Of a stretch of DNA of 64,000 bases, positions 12,882 through 26,644 are shown piece after piece. The stretch's first letter is position 1; every line of letters starts with the position of its first letter. Under the pieces are notes generated by a model. The model had not been told where the DNA came from. It did no database searches and saw nothing but the letters and a program-made list of their open reading frames with translations. The translations under genes were made by a program, and so were the position numbers. This DNA is from Azolla caroliniana (lineage: Eukaryota > Plantae > Polypodiophyta). Where the stretch lies: NCBI GenBank assembly GCA_043228905.1, contig JBHGNT010000008.1:2232001-2296000 (forward strand), read 5' to 3'.

Positions 12882-15421
12882 TGGTATTAGAGTGCGAGGG
12901 TTGAGAATCCTCTGCTACCGACAAGAGTTGTAACACTGACAAACTTTAAGACCCCGTTAAAAATAGAAATGAAGAAAAAAATGGATAGAAGTATTACAAA
13001 CTCACTTCTGACGGAGAAGCTCGATCGAAGCAACTATGCATCTTGGTCTTACAAGATGCACTACTATCTTCTTGGACACAGATACTGGAGCTATGTGGAA
13101 GGAGTGAACGAAGCAGCGACGAAGTTGGCACACAAGGATTTTCCGGTTTGGAACAAGGAGCAAACAAAGTTTTGTATTGCTTTGCATCCTGTGTACACAA
13201 CCAGATGTTGGGCTACATTCGGGATGCGAAGACACCGAAGGAGGCCTGGGAAAATCTGAAGAAGATTTTAGCTGCAAGTACCTTGGCCCGGAAGTTGCAG
13301 CTTTGACAAGAGCCCAATAATATCCGACAGAGGGATATGATGGTGACTGACCACACCACCAAAATCAAGGAGATCTGTGATGCCCTAGAGTCCATCAATG
13401 TGATGGTGAACTAAGATGAGATGGTACAGATCTGCCTCAGTGGTCTAGCACAAAGGTACGGGCCGATTCGAACGGCTACTTGCACAAGGGAGAAACCACC
13501 GTCATTCTTCAATCTACAATCGATGCTCATGGTCGAAGAAAACCATGCAAGTGCATCGAAGAGCACACAATCTGACAGTCGAATGTTGTACACAGAGGCG
13601 GATCGGCCCTGTGGTCGTGACGAACGAGGTGGATCAGCACGCAATGGTGGTGGCAGACAAGAGTAGAATCAAAGGAATAACCGACATGTCGTTAGTAGTT
13701 CCGAACCCTCCACGAGCAGGGGGAGTCAAGGCGGCATCGTAAAACCGGTAAGGGAAATCCGAGACAAAATGTTGGTATTGTGGTAAGAAAGGCCACAAGG
13801 AGAGCAAGTGCTGGAAAAAGAAGGCCGATTCGGATAAATCCGGATTGAGTAAAGTTGAGCATGGAAATTGGCAGCGATCCACGATCGCACTACGCCGAAG
13901 GGTAGGAAGGACCCAAAACCGAAAAGGGCCCAACCTTTGTGATGAAGCACAAGGAAAATTCGATGAAGAAGGGCACCTCAAAACTGAACGAGGTTTGGTA
14001 TGTTGACTCCGAAGCGTCGAATCATATGACGAGCCACAAAGAGTGGTTCTCATATTTGGAGAAACCAGAACAACCGAGAGTCATCGAAACCGATGACGAC
14101 ATCTCACATCCTGAGTCATGTCGACGATGTCCCCTTGAGTCATGTCGGACAAAAAGGGAGACTTATGAACGTATGACATATCATCCCGACAATCACAAAG
14201 AACTTGGTGTTGATTGGACAGATCGCCGACCAAGGGATGTAGGTCTGGTGCACCCATCTCAGGTGCTTCATCGAAGAGGAAGGCCAAATCATTGTGCAAG
14301 GGTGCCGAGAAGGGAGGATGTTCATCCTCGACACAAATGACGTCGGCACCGCTCTGTTCACCAAAGGACAAAAAGTCGAGTCGGACATCGATTTATGGCA
14401 TAAGTGGATCAGGCACACCAACTACCAAAGGCTTCAAGAATTGTAAATGAAACAAGTTGTGTTCTGTTTGCCGAAGTTCAATGGCTGGAAGGCCCAAGTT
14501 TTTGAAGCCTACCAGCTAGGGAAGCAACACAGACTTCCATTCCCCAACCAGCAAAATCAAAGCCAGAACAAGCTCGACTTGATACATTTGGATGTATGGG
14601 GACCGGCACAAAATGTGAGCCTAGGCGGGAGTCAATAAATCATCTCCTTCATCGACGACTATAGCCGACACACTTGAATCCACCTCATTGAAAAAAAGAG
14701 TAAAGTCTTTGACTTTTTCCGAAACCTAAAAAGCTTAGTGGAGAGGGAAACAAGAAGAAAGATCAAGTGCCTGTAGTCGTATGGCGGAAAGGAATACTTT
14801 TTGGCCAGTTCAACTATTATCTACAGCATATAGGAATTCGGCGAATTCAACTGCAGATATACGCTAGAGCAAAACGGCATAGCTGAATAGAAGAATCGGT
14901 CGATTGTTGCAGCGGCAAGGGCAATGCTGGAGGAGAAAAGCATGCCCAAGTTTTATTGGGCCGAGGCGGTTCAAACAACGGTCTACATCCTGAATCGGAT
15001 CAGAGAGAAGGTGTTGGCACATGAGTTGTATTTCGAGCAAAAGCCGAACTTGAAATAGTTGAGGGTATTCGGTAGCATTGCCTATGTGCATGTGCTAGAT
15101 GAGAAGAGGAAGAAGCTGGATGCAAAGTTGGAAAAGTGCATATTGGTCGGCTACTCACAAGTCCAATAGAAGGGGGTATAAGTGTTATAACCCCCGGACC
15201 AAACAAGTCTGAGTAAGCCAAGAGTTGTGTTCAACGAGTCAGCGTCCTAATATTCCTTCCTGACTCCGACCTCCGACAACTCCGACCCCCCGATTTCTAA
15301 GGATGAGACTACTGAGGCCAACATGATCCAAGAAGAAGAAGAAGATTTCGACACTCTGGAAGAGAGTCCGATTTCATTCCGACTGAGTAGTTCGAATGAA
15401 GGGTTGAGTTGGGAAGACCAT

Positions 15422-15930
15422 CCAAATTAAGAGCTAGCGAGCAATGATGACTCGGTCGTGCACTCCCCGCGCAAAGAACCAATGAGATGGTATATGCGCA
15501 AGGAAAAGGGAAAGATGAAGATGTCAGAGTATGGCACAGATAAAGTGTGCATAGGATCCAGGAGAATCCGACACCAACCGGAGCGAAGACGGACCTCAAA
15601 GTTGAGGTCAAACCTGAAAGAACCAACGAGACGGTATATGCGCACGGAAAAGGGGAAGATGAAGATGTCGGAGTATGGCACAGATAAGTGTGCATAGGAT
15701 CCAAGAGAATCCGACACCAACCGGAGCGAAGACGGACCTCAAATTAAGAGCTGGCGAGCAGTGATGACTCGGTCGTGCACTCCCTGCGCAAAGAACCAAC
15801 GAGACGGTATATGCGCAAGGAAAAGGGGAAGATGAAGATGTTGGAGTATGGCACATATAAGTGTGCATAGGATCCAAGAGAATCCGACACCAACCGGAGT
15901 GAAGACGGAACTCAAAGTTGAGGTCAGATG
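15422..15930 (+). repeat. Three tandem copies of a ~130-180 bp unit inside the copia integrase-RT linker
   Basis: AAAGAACCAA.GAGA.GGTATATGCGCA.GGAAAAGGG.AAGATGAAGATGT...GGATCCA.GAGAATCCGACACCAACCGGAG occurs three times. Confidence 0.9.
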
Positions 15931-18109
15931 CGACCAAGAGGGCCATTGAATCGGCGAATGAGAAGCTATGCCAATCGACTCACCACAAGAAGCCAATGAT
16001 CAGGTATGGTTATAACGAGTACATGGCGCACCATTATGCGTACATGACGAAAGTGGCGGAAGTCCACGAGCCGGAGAGCTATGCTGAGGCATCACAAGAT
16101 GCCAAATGGCGTTCGGCCATGGAGGAAGAAATGTGGACGCTGGATGCCAATGACACATGGGACTTTGTATGTGGGTATACAAAGTGAAATACAATGCTGA
16201 CAGTTCGGTCAACCGATACAAGGCCCGATTGGTGGTCAAAGTATATGCATAGAACCATGACATCGACTACGATGAAACCTTCGCACCAGTAGCAAAGATG
16301 ATGACGGTCCATGTGGTGCTAGCAGTCACAGTGGCAAGGGGGTGGCATCTCCACCAGATGGATGTTAAGAATGCATTTCTTCAAGGAGATTTTGAAGAAC
16401 AGGTATACATGGTCCAACCCCCTAGATTTTATTCGGAGCTAAACAAGTCGACAATATGCCAACTGAAGAAGTCGCTTTATGGCCTCAAGCAAGCCCCTCG
16501 TGCTTGGAACTCAAAAATTATGCACCAGTTGCATAAGATGGGGTTTGTGGCCTCCAAATTCAACCCTTCTCTGTTCATTCGAAAAGGTCTAAAAGGTCTG
16601 GTTTGCATTCTACTATACGTAGACGACCTGGTTGTCACCAGACCCGACCTTGCTGAAATCAGTGAAGTATAGTCCAAGTTGTCAGATGCATTCGAGATGA
16701 AGGACTTGGGGGACCTTCACTACTTCCTCAGGATCGAAGTGATCCACACCCCCGATGACATATTGTTATCCCAACGACATTATGTGTTGAATATTTGTAC
16801 AAATTCGGCATGACGGATTGTCGATCCGTCTTTACTCCTCTCGATAGAAACTTGAAGCTACATTCCGACTTGGGAATGGCTTGTGATGAGAAATGGTTCC
16901 GACAGATTGTCGAAAGCCTAATATATTTAACTATCACTCGACCATAGCTATCTGGTCGGTGTGATTAGTCAGTTCATGTAGAGGCCGACTATTGTGCACC
17001 TTCAATGCGCACATCGAAAATTGCGATATGTGAGCGGCACGAAGGATCGAAGACTGTTGTATCAACACGGTATAGCCAAATAGCTAGTCGACTATACTAA
17101 TGCCCACTAGGCCAAAGATGCAACATATTGACGATCGACATCCAATTTCATGTTTCCTCTTGGGAGCGCGGTTGTAGCTTGGAGTAGCAAGAAACAACCG
17201 ATAATGGCCTTATCAAGCACCGAAGTTGAGTATAGAGGCGCCACCGTCGCAACTTGTGCGACTATATGGCTCCGACGATTGTTGCAGGACTTACGGATCG
17301 AGGTTCCCACTCTGATTCCGATCTACTACAATAATATTAGTAGCATGCAATTGGCCAAGAACTCTATTTTCCATGATTGCACGAAACACATAGAAGTGCA
17401 TTATCACTTTGTGTGCGTGCAGGTCCTAAGCGGTGAAATCGAACTCAAATATATTCGAATTGATCGACAGATTGCCGACATCTTCACTAAGGCGCTCAAA
17501 TTGGACAAGTTGCAACATTTTTCGAAGATGTTTGGGTTACAACATCTCGACGTGCCGCACTTGAGGGGGAGAATAGGTGGAGAAGAGCAACAAGAGGAAG
17601 CTGAAGAAGATGTTGAATCGACTAAAGAAGTCAACACAACATCTAGAAAAGCCGGAACAAGCAGCCAAGGCGATAGAGTCAAGGACAGAGCCGACCAGAA
17701 GAAAAAGGCCAGGACTAAGACATGGTCAGACGTGGTCAAGGGCCTAACGAAGGATGACAAATCGGAGACACCCAATTCAGACAACAACAGGAATGAATCG
17801 GAGACAATTGATTCGGTCAAGTGGGTTGATTCGAATGAGTTGAATTTCATGAAGGGCAAGCAGACAGGGAGGCAGCCAAAGCTGACATCCAAACGAAGGC
17901 GTAGACTCGTCGAGGGGCGTCAATGTCGTGACAACGAGGGAGCTGAGAAGGACCTAACGAGCAGACAAGTCAACCGAGGAGGTCAAGGTGCGTGGGACCG
18001 GACGTTTCGAGGAGCGCGAGCAAGGCGTGAAGACGCCAAGAGGAGTCGAAGACAAGGACCAGTGAATGCTGACGTGACAGAACAACCTCAAGTTGAGCTT
18101 GAGGGGGAG

Positions 18110-18521
18110 TGTTGAGCGAGCAAGCTCAACATGGGTCGTATCGGATGAAGACCGATCGACTACGACCGGATCAAATATGTGAGCCGAATCGAATTAGAGA
18201 ACCAGATCCGTGTGAGCCGGTAGGCCGTTAGAGGCCTACGATCCTAGATTAGTAGGAAGTTATATTCCTAGGAGTTAGTGTCATTAGCTCAATTATGAGC
18301 ATCGGTTAGTCCTTTATGGAGTTGTATAAAAAGTGCTCTCTGAGCACATTTGACTATACAGAGTGTTATTTTGAAATCGAGTTTTCTTTGTTTTGCTCTC
18401 TCTTTGTCTCTCCCGGGTACTTTGTATTCTCTATGTGTTCTCCATTGATTCTCTGTTTTCTCTATTGCTATTCGACTAAGCTGGTTGTGTTTGTTCTAGC
18501 TTCCACATGCTAATCTTCACA
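18110..18521 (+). repeat. 3' LTR of the copia element (412 bp)
   Basis: Follows the PPT directly; same termini as the 5' LTR; followed by the TSD TTTCT. Confidence 0.95.
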
Positions 18522-19274
18522 TTTCTTAACCAAACAAATTGCTGAAACACAAAACCACAAAGTTATAGGGACTTGATATTTCTATTGAAATTTCATTAGT
18601 GTTTTGGACCATTAACCTCAAATTCTTTTATTTTTCATTCTTGTGAATGAGGAGGACAAACTATCAAATCTGAGCCCTTTAGTTCTTGGCCTAAATAAAG
18701 TTTGAAACAATCAATTTGTAAAGAGTGCTCTTGTACTAGATAAATTAGATGTTGCAAGCTTGCATCCTTGGATAATAAAACCCTTCAACTCACTCATATG
18801 CTTAGGAGCCTCTTGAGCTTGAAAATAGGTATTGACAAAAATTATGGGGAAATGAGAATGGAGGATATCTAATGCCAAGCAAACATAAAGACACCTTTGG
18901 GTGAAATATATAGAGATAGGGATGATTCACCTCATGGAATATTCACTTGTAAAATTACATACAGAGACAAAGTTGCCAAGCATTAGAATATTATGAATCA
19001 TAGCAATGTTGCATGTGAGAATCCTAGAGAGATGGCTCCACTAGACTTTGAGATCTTACACATGTTAATGAGCATTTAACACTCCAACCCCTAACGCACA
19101 CCATGCAGTAATCACCTGATTTCCTAATCATTCTTTAGCTTTTACACAATCACCTGATTTCCTAATCATTCTTCGCTTTTACACCCTTGTATGTACTTAT
19201 ATATAGTTACATGCCATAATTAAAAAAATATCAAATAGGAGAGCCGAGTCTTCCTGCATGACAAATAAAGGCAA

Positions 19275-22200
19275 TCATGGGAGAGCTGATCCATAGGAAG
19301 GCTTTGAAAAGAGATTAGGGTATGTATAATATGGATCATCTTCAAGGGATGGCAGCCTCTGAATTATCTCTTGCTGAGAACCATCGAATATAGGTGCACC
19401 CTCATGAGCAAGCAATGCATTGTTCCCCTCATTATGTTCGAGTTGATTATTAATTGCAGTTTTGCCAGACAGCAAAAGATCATCTTGACTCGAATTATGT
19501 GACAAGTTTGTATCCAAACGAAAGGGATTGCCGACACCAGTTCCACGTAGGTCGTAATCACTCATATCAATTCTCTCTCGGATATACTGTTGTTTTTCAT
19601 CAACAATATCTGAAGCACCAGCACTTTCTTTCTCTGGGTGATGTTCTTTGGTGTATATTTGGGTCCAATCATAACTGTTAACTCTTTCAACTTCAGTTCT
19701 TGCATCCTCAAGAGGAGGGTCTACATCAGCAATAACTTCCTCCTTGGGCAATTCCTGTTCGGTACTTTTCTCTGTCCAGTCATAACTATCAGCCCTCAGT
19801 TTAACATTCATTTTCCTTTCAGGAGTATCCTCTTCTCTCTCAACCTCGTCCGTTGCATGTTGCCGACCCTCTCCTTGAACTAGATGATATGAAGAACCAA
19901 AATATTTCTCCACTTCTTGTCCACTGTTCTCAATCTTTGCTGCTGATGGGAAAAACCCATTTCCTTCATCTGATGCCATTGTGGACAAGATTGTTTCTCC
20001 CTTGGCATCACTGTTTAAGAACTTGGAAGAGATCGTGGACAAGGTTGTTTCTTGCTTATCATCACTGTTTAGGAGCTTAGAAGAGATTGTCGATAATACA
20101 TTTTCTTGCTTTTCATCTCTATTAGGGAGCTTAGACGGGATCCTTAATCTTGCTAGTTTGGCAGCTGCTCTAGCAGCTTGAGCAGCCCTCTCAGCAGATT
20201 CTGCTGCAGCCTCAGCGGCCTCAATGATATCCTGCAAGTTGGTACTTCCTTCAGTTTTGGTTCTTGAGAGATTTGTTTGATGAAGCAGGTCTTCTGGTAA
20301 CCCTAACTGTTGTGTAACGGATGTACTAGAACTCATACTTGGAGGGGAATAGGCACGATTTGGATCAGCAGTCGAGAAAGGCACAAACTGTGGCTCCTCA
20401 ATCAAACCACTAGATTGTTGTGATTGAGGAGAACTTAAGTTTCCTTTAGGTGGTGAAGGGAGATAGAACTCCTCATGGGATGGGGTATCTAATTCTGATT
20501 TATTTGAATTCCCATGATATGGTATGGGTAACATTTGGATGGATCCAATAATATGATTGGTTGCACCCTGTCCTCATTTAAAGAAAAGACATCCGAAAGG
20601 ACAAAGAGATCATTTCAAAATTCAGATTAGAGTTCCATTTCCCCTGGTTATGCATGACTAATGGCACATGCAACATGATATATTATAAATGCAACTTACT
20701 GATGAATCTTCTTGTTTTTTAGAAACCTCTGACTCTAATTTGGTTCCATCCTGTCCTTGTCAAATAAAAGAAATCCCAAAAGTGAAGGAGAAAGATTAGA
20801 TCTGATTAGAGTTTCTCCAGTTTAGGCAAAACAATGCACAATGCAACATACCAAAACATGTTCTGGTATCTTAGAGTTCTGTAACTCAAAATGAGTCCCA
20901 TCCTGAAGAAAAGACATTCAAAGAGAAAAAGAGTGAAGAGTTACGTTAAAGTTCAGTTTCCTTTTGTGTACATACAATGTGATGTATTATACACACAACT
21001 TACCAATATATCTTCCGGTGGCTTAGAGTTCTCTAATTCAAAGTTAGTGGCATCCCACTCAACGTTATGCTCTTCGGCAACCTCTCTCATGACTTTTAGC
21101 TTGACCTTCATGGATGGAGCTCGAGCAGATAGCAATTCGATGACCTAAATAAGAGCACAGAATAAATTCTAAGGAGCAATAGTTAGGCAAGGTAACTAGA
21201 CAAATTCTTTTCAAACAGAACAGGAAACTGTAGAGTAAGACGGTCAAAAAAGCTAACCAGCCTATTGACATGGCAATCAGGTAATAGTTCAGCTGCAGCT
21301 GTTGTGAACTCCAGTCCATATTTAGAGGAAAACATAGTTTGTATTTCCACCAATTCTGGCACATCAGAAGCCCTTGGGGCAGCGAATATCACAGTTGCCA
21401 CTGCTTCTAGTAGATCAAGAGGGCACTCTCTGAATACATCAAATTGAAAATATGAAAATTTGACATCTGACTTTTATGTGAAAAAAATCATCTTCACCAT
21501 TTGGGGGTCAATGAAACTTTGGGGCATTTAAGGAAATAAATGAAAACAGAACTTGGGGTTACTTCAGAGTTTATCCCTAAAAATAATCATAACAGAAATA
21601 CACAATTTTCCAGCATCAATATTAATATAAAGAAGTTGTCTCACACTCACCCAACATGAGTCAAATAGCACCTCTTAAAGGTACATCTAGAAGGGTTTTG
21701 ATTGGAGACATTTAGTGTGACTCTATATCATTTGAAGTAGTTACATCAAATATCTCACTCCAAAGAGAAGACTCTAAATAGAAAGCTCTAAGTGGATTGG
21801 CTGTACTGGTTTCACAACAGGAAAAGGAAACTAAGGGGCATTATGTCTGTCACAGTCCACTTTGAGATCAATGCACAGACATATAAAGATCAAAATACAG
21901 ATTGTTAAAAGACTTTGGCCTACCTTTGTGATTCAATGATTGGTAACCTAACAGATAAAAGCTCACAGAAAATCTCTAACTTGTCATAAGCTTCCATGGT
22001 ATTTTGCTCCCTTATGATCTGTTCCACCTAACAATCCAAAATCAAAAGATGACTTGCAATAAGCATACAATAAGAACTCATGACCATTTCAAATGTGAGC
22101 AATTCTTAGATCAGTTCAAACCAGATCATAAAGTAACAAACTTCAATGTCAATTCAAGAACTATAAAATCACAACATAATACATAGAGTCTTCAACATTG

Positions 22201-23860
22201 AAGTTGTATAATGCAAATGTCTTTCTACTATATAGTCTGATCAGTACACAGAAAGTCACTGAACATTACTTTTACTCAACACATAATCATTCAGTGGGAA
22301 AAAATGAAAATAATTCATCCATGGCAATTAAAGATCACTGCAAAACATTTCACCCCTGAACCCGCCCTGTTTCAACCCAGAACAGGTTGAATCGAAACAC
22401 CAACTGAGAACATATATTTACATCTGATCTATTGACCTGTCAAGACATTTATCATAAAACTTTTTGCCAAGTTATTTCAATAAGATACATAATTTGTCAG
22501 ATATCTTCATAGCAACATAGAGGAGAACCTTGAAAGAAAGAAATATGTTGGAAAATGTCAAGATGGAATACTGTCTGATCAAATATAGTATGAGATCTAT
22601 TATCTAATAAAATATTACAACTTTTAAAGTTATCTCCTCGAAGGAAGCAACAAACGAGAGCCAGCCTAACATTAAAGTGAAGACATCATCTTTGGCATCT
22701 AAAATTGTGTGATAATATCTCTGAATTGCTGATAATGATGATATGAGCTGCAGCATTTCCAATACAAATCCATGTCTCTACCCACATTACCCCTTTGAGC
22801 TACACCTAGGATTTGAGCTGCATAGTTGAATGTGTACTAGCAGGATTGTCCATGTAGAAGAGGAAGTCGCTCAAGATCATGAAAAATTCTGAAATCGTTA
22901 ATCATGGCTTACTTATTCTCATTCATAACATAAACGCACCAAATCATGTAGTCATCTACTATATTTCCAAATGATGTTTGGCTTAAAAATAACATACTCT
23001 GATCTGAGCTATTGCTTCTTGACCATTCTCGAGAAGTTGTGCGAGCTCCTTCCGCATCTGTTTCAACTGAATTAACCGCTTATTCCGCAATAGCTTCATG
23101 CGTGAAGTTGCGAGCTTCAGCAACGTTTTACTGAAAATGAATAGAACACCACAAGATTTCCTTATGAGAATGAAAAAGAACAGCAAAAAAAAATTATGGA
23201 AAATGAATGAAGAAAAACGGTATTTCCTTGTGAGAATGAAAACATGCAACTATGCTTTCTGAAAATGAAGAGAAAACGCAAAAAATGAACTTTTCCCTGA
23301 GACTGGAAAAAATAAAATTGTCATTGAAAATGAACATATCCTTATGAGAAACTAGGTCTTCCATTTCACAAGTCTGACAATTGTCTATTACATGGATCAA
23401 AATGGAGAGAAAAAAGACCAAATTCGAGGAGGGAAAACTTCATTTATCAGCGGAAATTAGCAGCCCCTCTCATGAGAATGATAAACGAGTGGATGGGATC
23501 AAAACTGAGCAGCAAAGCATATTTGAAGGAGGAAAAACTTCATGGATCATCAAGGATTGGAGATCTATCTCAACAATTGTGAGATTATACATTCCATGGA
23601 TCTCAACGAGTGCGATAAAGAAAGACCCAAAAAACTCCACCAATTAGCAGATATTAGTGATCTATCCCATGAAAAAGAGACAAGATCTAGGTTGATCGAT
23701 CAACCCGACCATAGACGCACAATTCAATGAAAAGAAAAGCAAAAAGAAAAAGAAAAAAAAGAAAAACACATCATTGATTAGGGTTACAGGTCGGTTACCA
23801 TTTGGGTGCTTTGAAGCCTTTGTTGAACAAAGAATCGAGGACTTGATTGATCTGCAACAT
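19275..23860 (-). CDS. IST1-like protein (regulator of Vps4 activity, ESCRT-III associated), 7 exons, 651 aa
   Basis: Exons 23860-23799, 23130-22998, 22027-21924, 21429-21258, 21144-21004, 20750-20700, 20567-19275; GT-AG introns; 1956 nt in frame. Ist1 domain: KGFKAPKCKTLLKLATSRMKLLRNKR..AQIRVEQIIREQN..FCEL..ECPLDLLEAVATVIFAAPRASDVPEL. Long low-complexity C-terminus with AAEAAAESAERAAQAARAAA. Confidence 0.93.
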
Positions 23861-24216
23861 CTGAGAGGAGGAGGGAGAGGCAGGGGCTGGAGACAGGAGA
23901 CAGGAGACAGGAGAGAGAGAGAGACAGGGGTGGAAGCAAAGAACAGGGTGAGAACAGAGGAGCTCTGCTGCTTTCCATGGGTCATATATTCTGTGGGGCC
24001 ATCATAAATCTGTGTCTGTGTCTGTGTCTGTCTTGTGTGTTAGAGAGAGAGAAAGAAAGATATGATGGCTATGGAAAATGGAACATTTCCTAAATTCCCA
24101 AAAATACCCTCCCCTGCTTTTCCTTTAATTCTATGAGATGCCCCCCCCCACCACCACCACCACCACTCCTCCCAACTTTGCCTTCTCCTCTATTCTCGCC
24201 ACACTCACTCAGAAAT

Positions 24217-24598
24217 GGCTGAAGAACACTCGAAGGATTTGCGTAAATTGCGTGTCCCCCTACTGAAGAGCACACTCTAACGGATGCAACCCCCAACTGG
24301 AGTGAACACTTTGGATGATGTCGTCCCTTAGCTGAAGAACGCTTTTAAGGATTTGTGATCCCTAGCTAAAGAACACTCGGAGGATTTGCAATCCCTAATT
24401 GAAGAACACTCGAAGCATTTGTGATCCCTAACTGAAGAACACTCAAAAGAGTTGTGATCCTTGGGTGAGGAACACTTGAATGATGGTATCCTCTGCTAAA
24501 GAGCACTCATATGTTGTTGTCCCCCGAGTAAACAAACACCCGGAGGATGTTATCCCCAATTGAAGATCACTCGAAAGATGTGATCCCCAACTGAAGAC
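24217..24598. repeat. 33-bp tandem minisatellite, about 12 degenerate copies, upstream of IST1
   Basis: Unit TCCCTAACTGAAGAACACTCGAAGGATTTGTGA; counted at 33 nt. Confidence 0.9.
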
Positions 24599-26227
24599 AT
24601 GTGAGGCCTCCATAATCTAAGAGAATGGGACATGCACGATCCCATGTTTTGGTCAACCACACCAAGGAAACCCTCACATGAGATGAGGCCTATGCAGCAA
24701 TAGCCTAAGTTTTGGTATTGGCACAAATGTATTAATACATGAATTCTAGAACATTTCTAAGGACAATTGGTCAATGCCCAACCAAGCCCTCGTAACCCAA
24801 AGGTTTGTATCGGTGAGATGCCATCGCAGTGATGCACACATCCTCACACAAAGGAAATGATATACATCACCTCGGTGTACTAAAAAACAAAGAACATAGG
24901 TTGGAGTGTTGTGCACATGAGGACATTATGTATGATTTTACAAGACTCTCTCGAGGTTTTGCCCACTTTTGGGAACTTATATAGAGGATGTGGTCACTAG
25001 GCATGGTTGAAGGGAGGGTGACATTTTACTATGTTTACACCGGTGATCGACATATCAATTGTACGTTCAAAACAATAATTTAGCTTGATAAAATATTGCT
25101 CTTATGATTTCACAACACTAACACAACAACAAGATCAAATCATCAAGACTCCTCAAATGCCTAGAAAATGGAGGGGTTATATTAGTGTTCTTGGAATCCC
25201 TAATACTCAAAGAAAGTAGATTTGGGAGTTACATTAGATTTCTTCAATGATTTTAGAGAATTGAACCTTGCTTACGGCTTCTACTTTTTCCTTCCTCCAT
25301 CAATTTTTTTGTTTCACAAGTTTGTTGTAGTTTATATAATTGTCTGCCACGTCTCGGCTTGTCTCCTATAAATTTTCTTCTACTAAAGTCTTGTGTTAAA
25401 GCCCCCACTTGCATGCCTTACTTTTGAGCTTCGACTTCACACGTATTTCTTGCCTTCTTTGGATTGTAGGTGATCTCTTACATGAAAACATACATGAGCC
25501 ATCCATCAAAACATTAATATGAGTAGTGAAACCTATAACTTTATCCAAGTAAACCCCAACGATTAATAACATCTAGACAATTTGAGATGCCTCCTCACAT
25601 GTAGAATCAATCTTTCTAATTAGTTGGACAACAATTGAAAAGTAGCAAAGTCAAAGCATGATTTATGACTTACCTCTACCAAAATATTTGTTAATTTTCA
25701 CAAACCTCAGAATACCATACAATCGGCAATTATGCACATCCTCACTTGGGCAATTCTTATATGCTTCTCACACGTAGATTGGCATTCCAACGAAGAGCTT
25801 GAAGGTATTCTTTGATCGATATGAAGCAATACAATTACATGCAAAAAAAACATGTTGCACATGCATATTTGTTCTCGTGTGGGGATGTTACCTTGCCTCG
25901 CAGTTTCTTGTAACGCAAAAGAATTTAACGCTTTGCATGGAGAGCATTGTACCACGCCTACAATGTGGGTATGTGTATACAACCATTACCATTCAGAGTC
26001 TCGATGATGCGATGCACGTGTGCACTCATAGCATTACCATATGCATGGTTTCCCAGAAGTTCATGCCGAGGGTTCTATCGCTTGGGATGGTGAAGGTGTT
26101 GCACCATAGCCTTATGGAATGGATGTGCTAACCAATTTATAAAGAGTTATGTTTGAACTTTGAAGTATGGGGTGAACTTTTGTTCTTGGAATGGATGGCC
26201 AAAAGTTAGAGCATCTACATTACTATA

Positions 26228-26322
26228 TGCATACATATACATACACATATACAAATACATACACATACACATATACATACACATACACATATACATATGC
26301 ATACACATATACAAATACATAC

Positions 26323-26417
<95 letters not shown>

Positions 26418-26422
26418 CACAC

Positions 26423-26477
<55 letters not shown>

Positions 26478-26612
26478 TGCACATGCACATGCACATATAC
26501 ATATACATATACATATACATGCACATATACATATACATATACTGTATACATATACATATGTATGCATATGCATATGCACACACACACACATGTATATATA
26601 GTGTATGTATAC
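26228..26612. repeat. ~380-bp compound alternating purine/pyrimidine microsatellite, (CATATA)n/(CATACA)n/(CATGCA)n
   Basis: Directly visible; ends about 30 bp before the ATG at 26645. Confidence 0.97.
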
Positions 26613-26644
26613 AGAGAGATAGAGATACCATCATTTCCATCATC

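Larger units (their letters stand above)
12427..18521 (+). mobile_element. Full-length, inactivated Ty1/copia LTR retrotransposon
   Basis: 5' LTR 12427-12881 and 3' LTR 18110-18521 (TG...CA). 5-bp TSD TTTCT. PBS TGGTATTAGAG (tRNA-iMet type) at 12882. PPT GAGGGGGAG at 18101-18109. Gag with CWYCGKKGHKESKC knuckle, protease WYVDSEASNHM, integrase LIHLDVWGP, RT HQMDVKNAFLQG and LYVDD, RNase H SSKKQ..LSSTEVEY/KHIEVHYHF, in copia order. Many stops and frameshifts. Confidence 0.97.

Noticed and set aside
24217-24598. CRISPR-like periodic array
   Set aside because: Whole units are homologous with no unique spacers, there are no cas genes, and the context is eukaryotic; it is a minisatellite.
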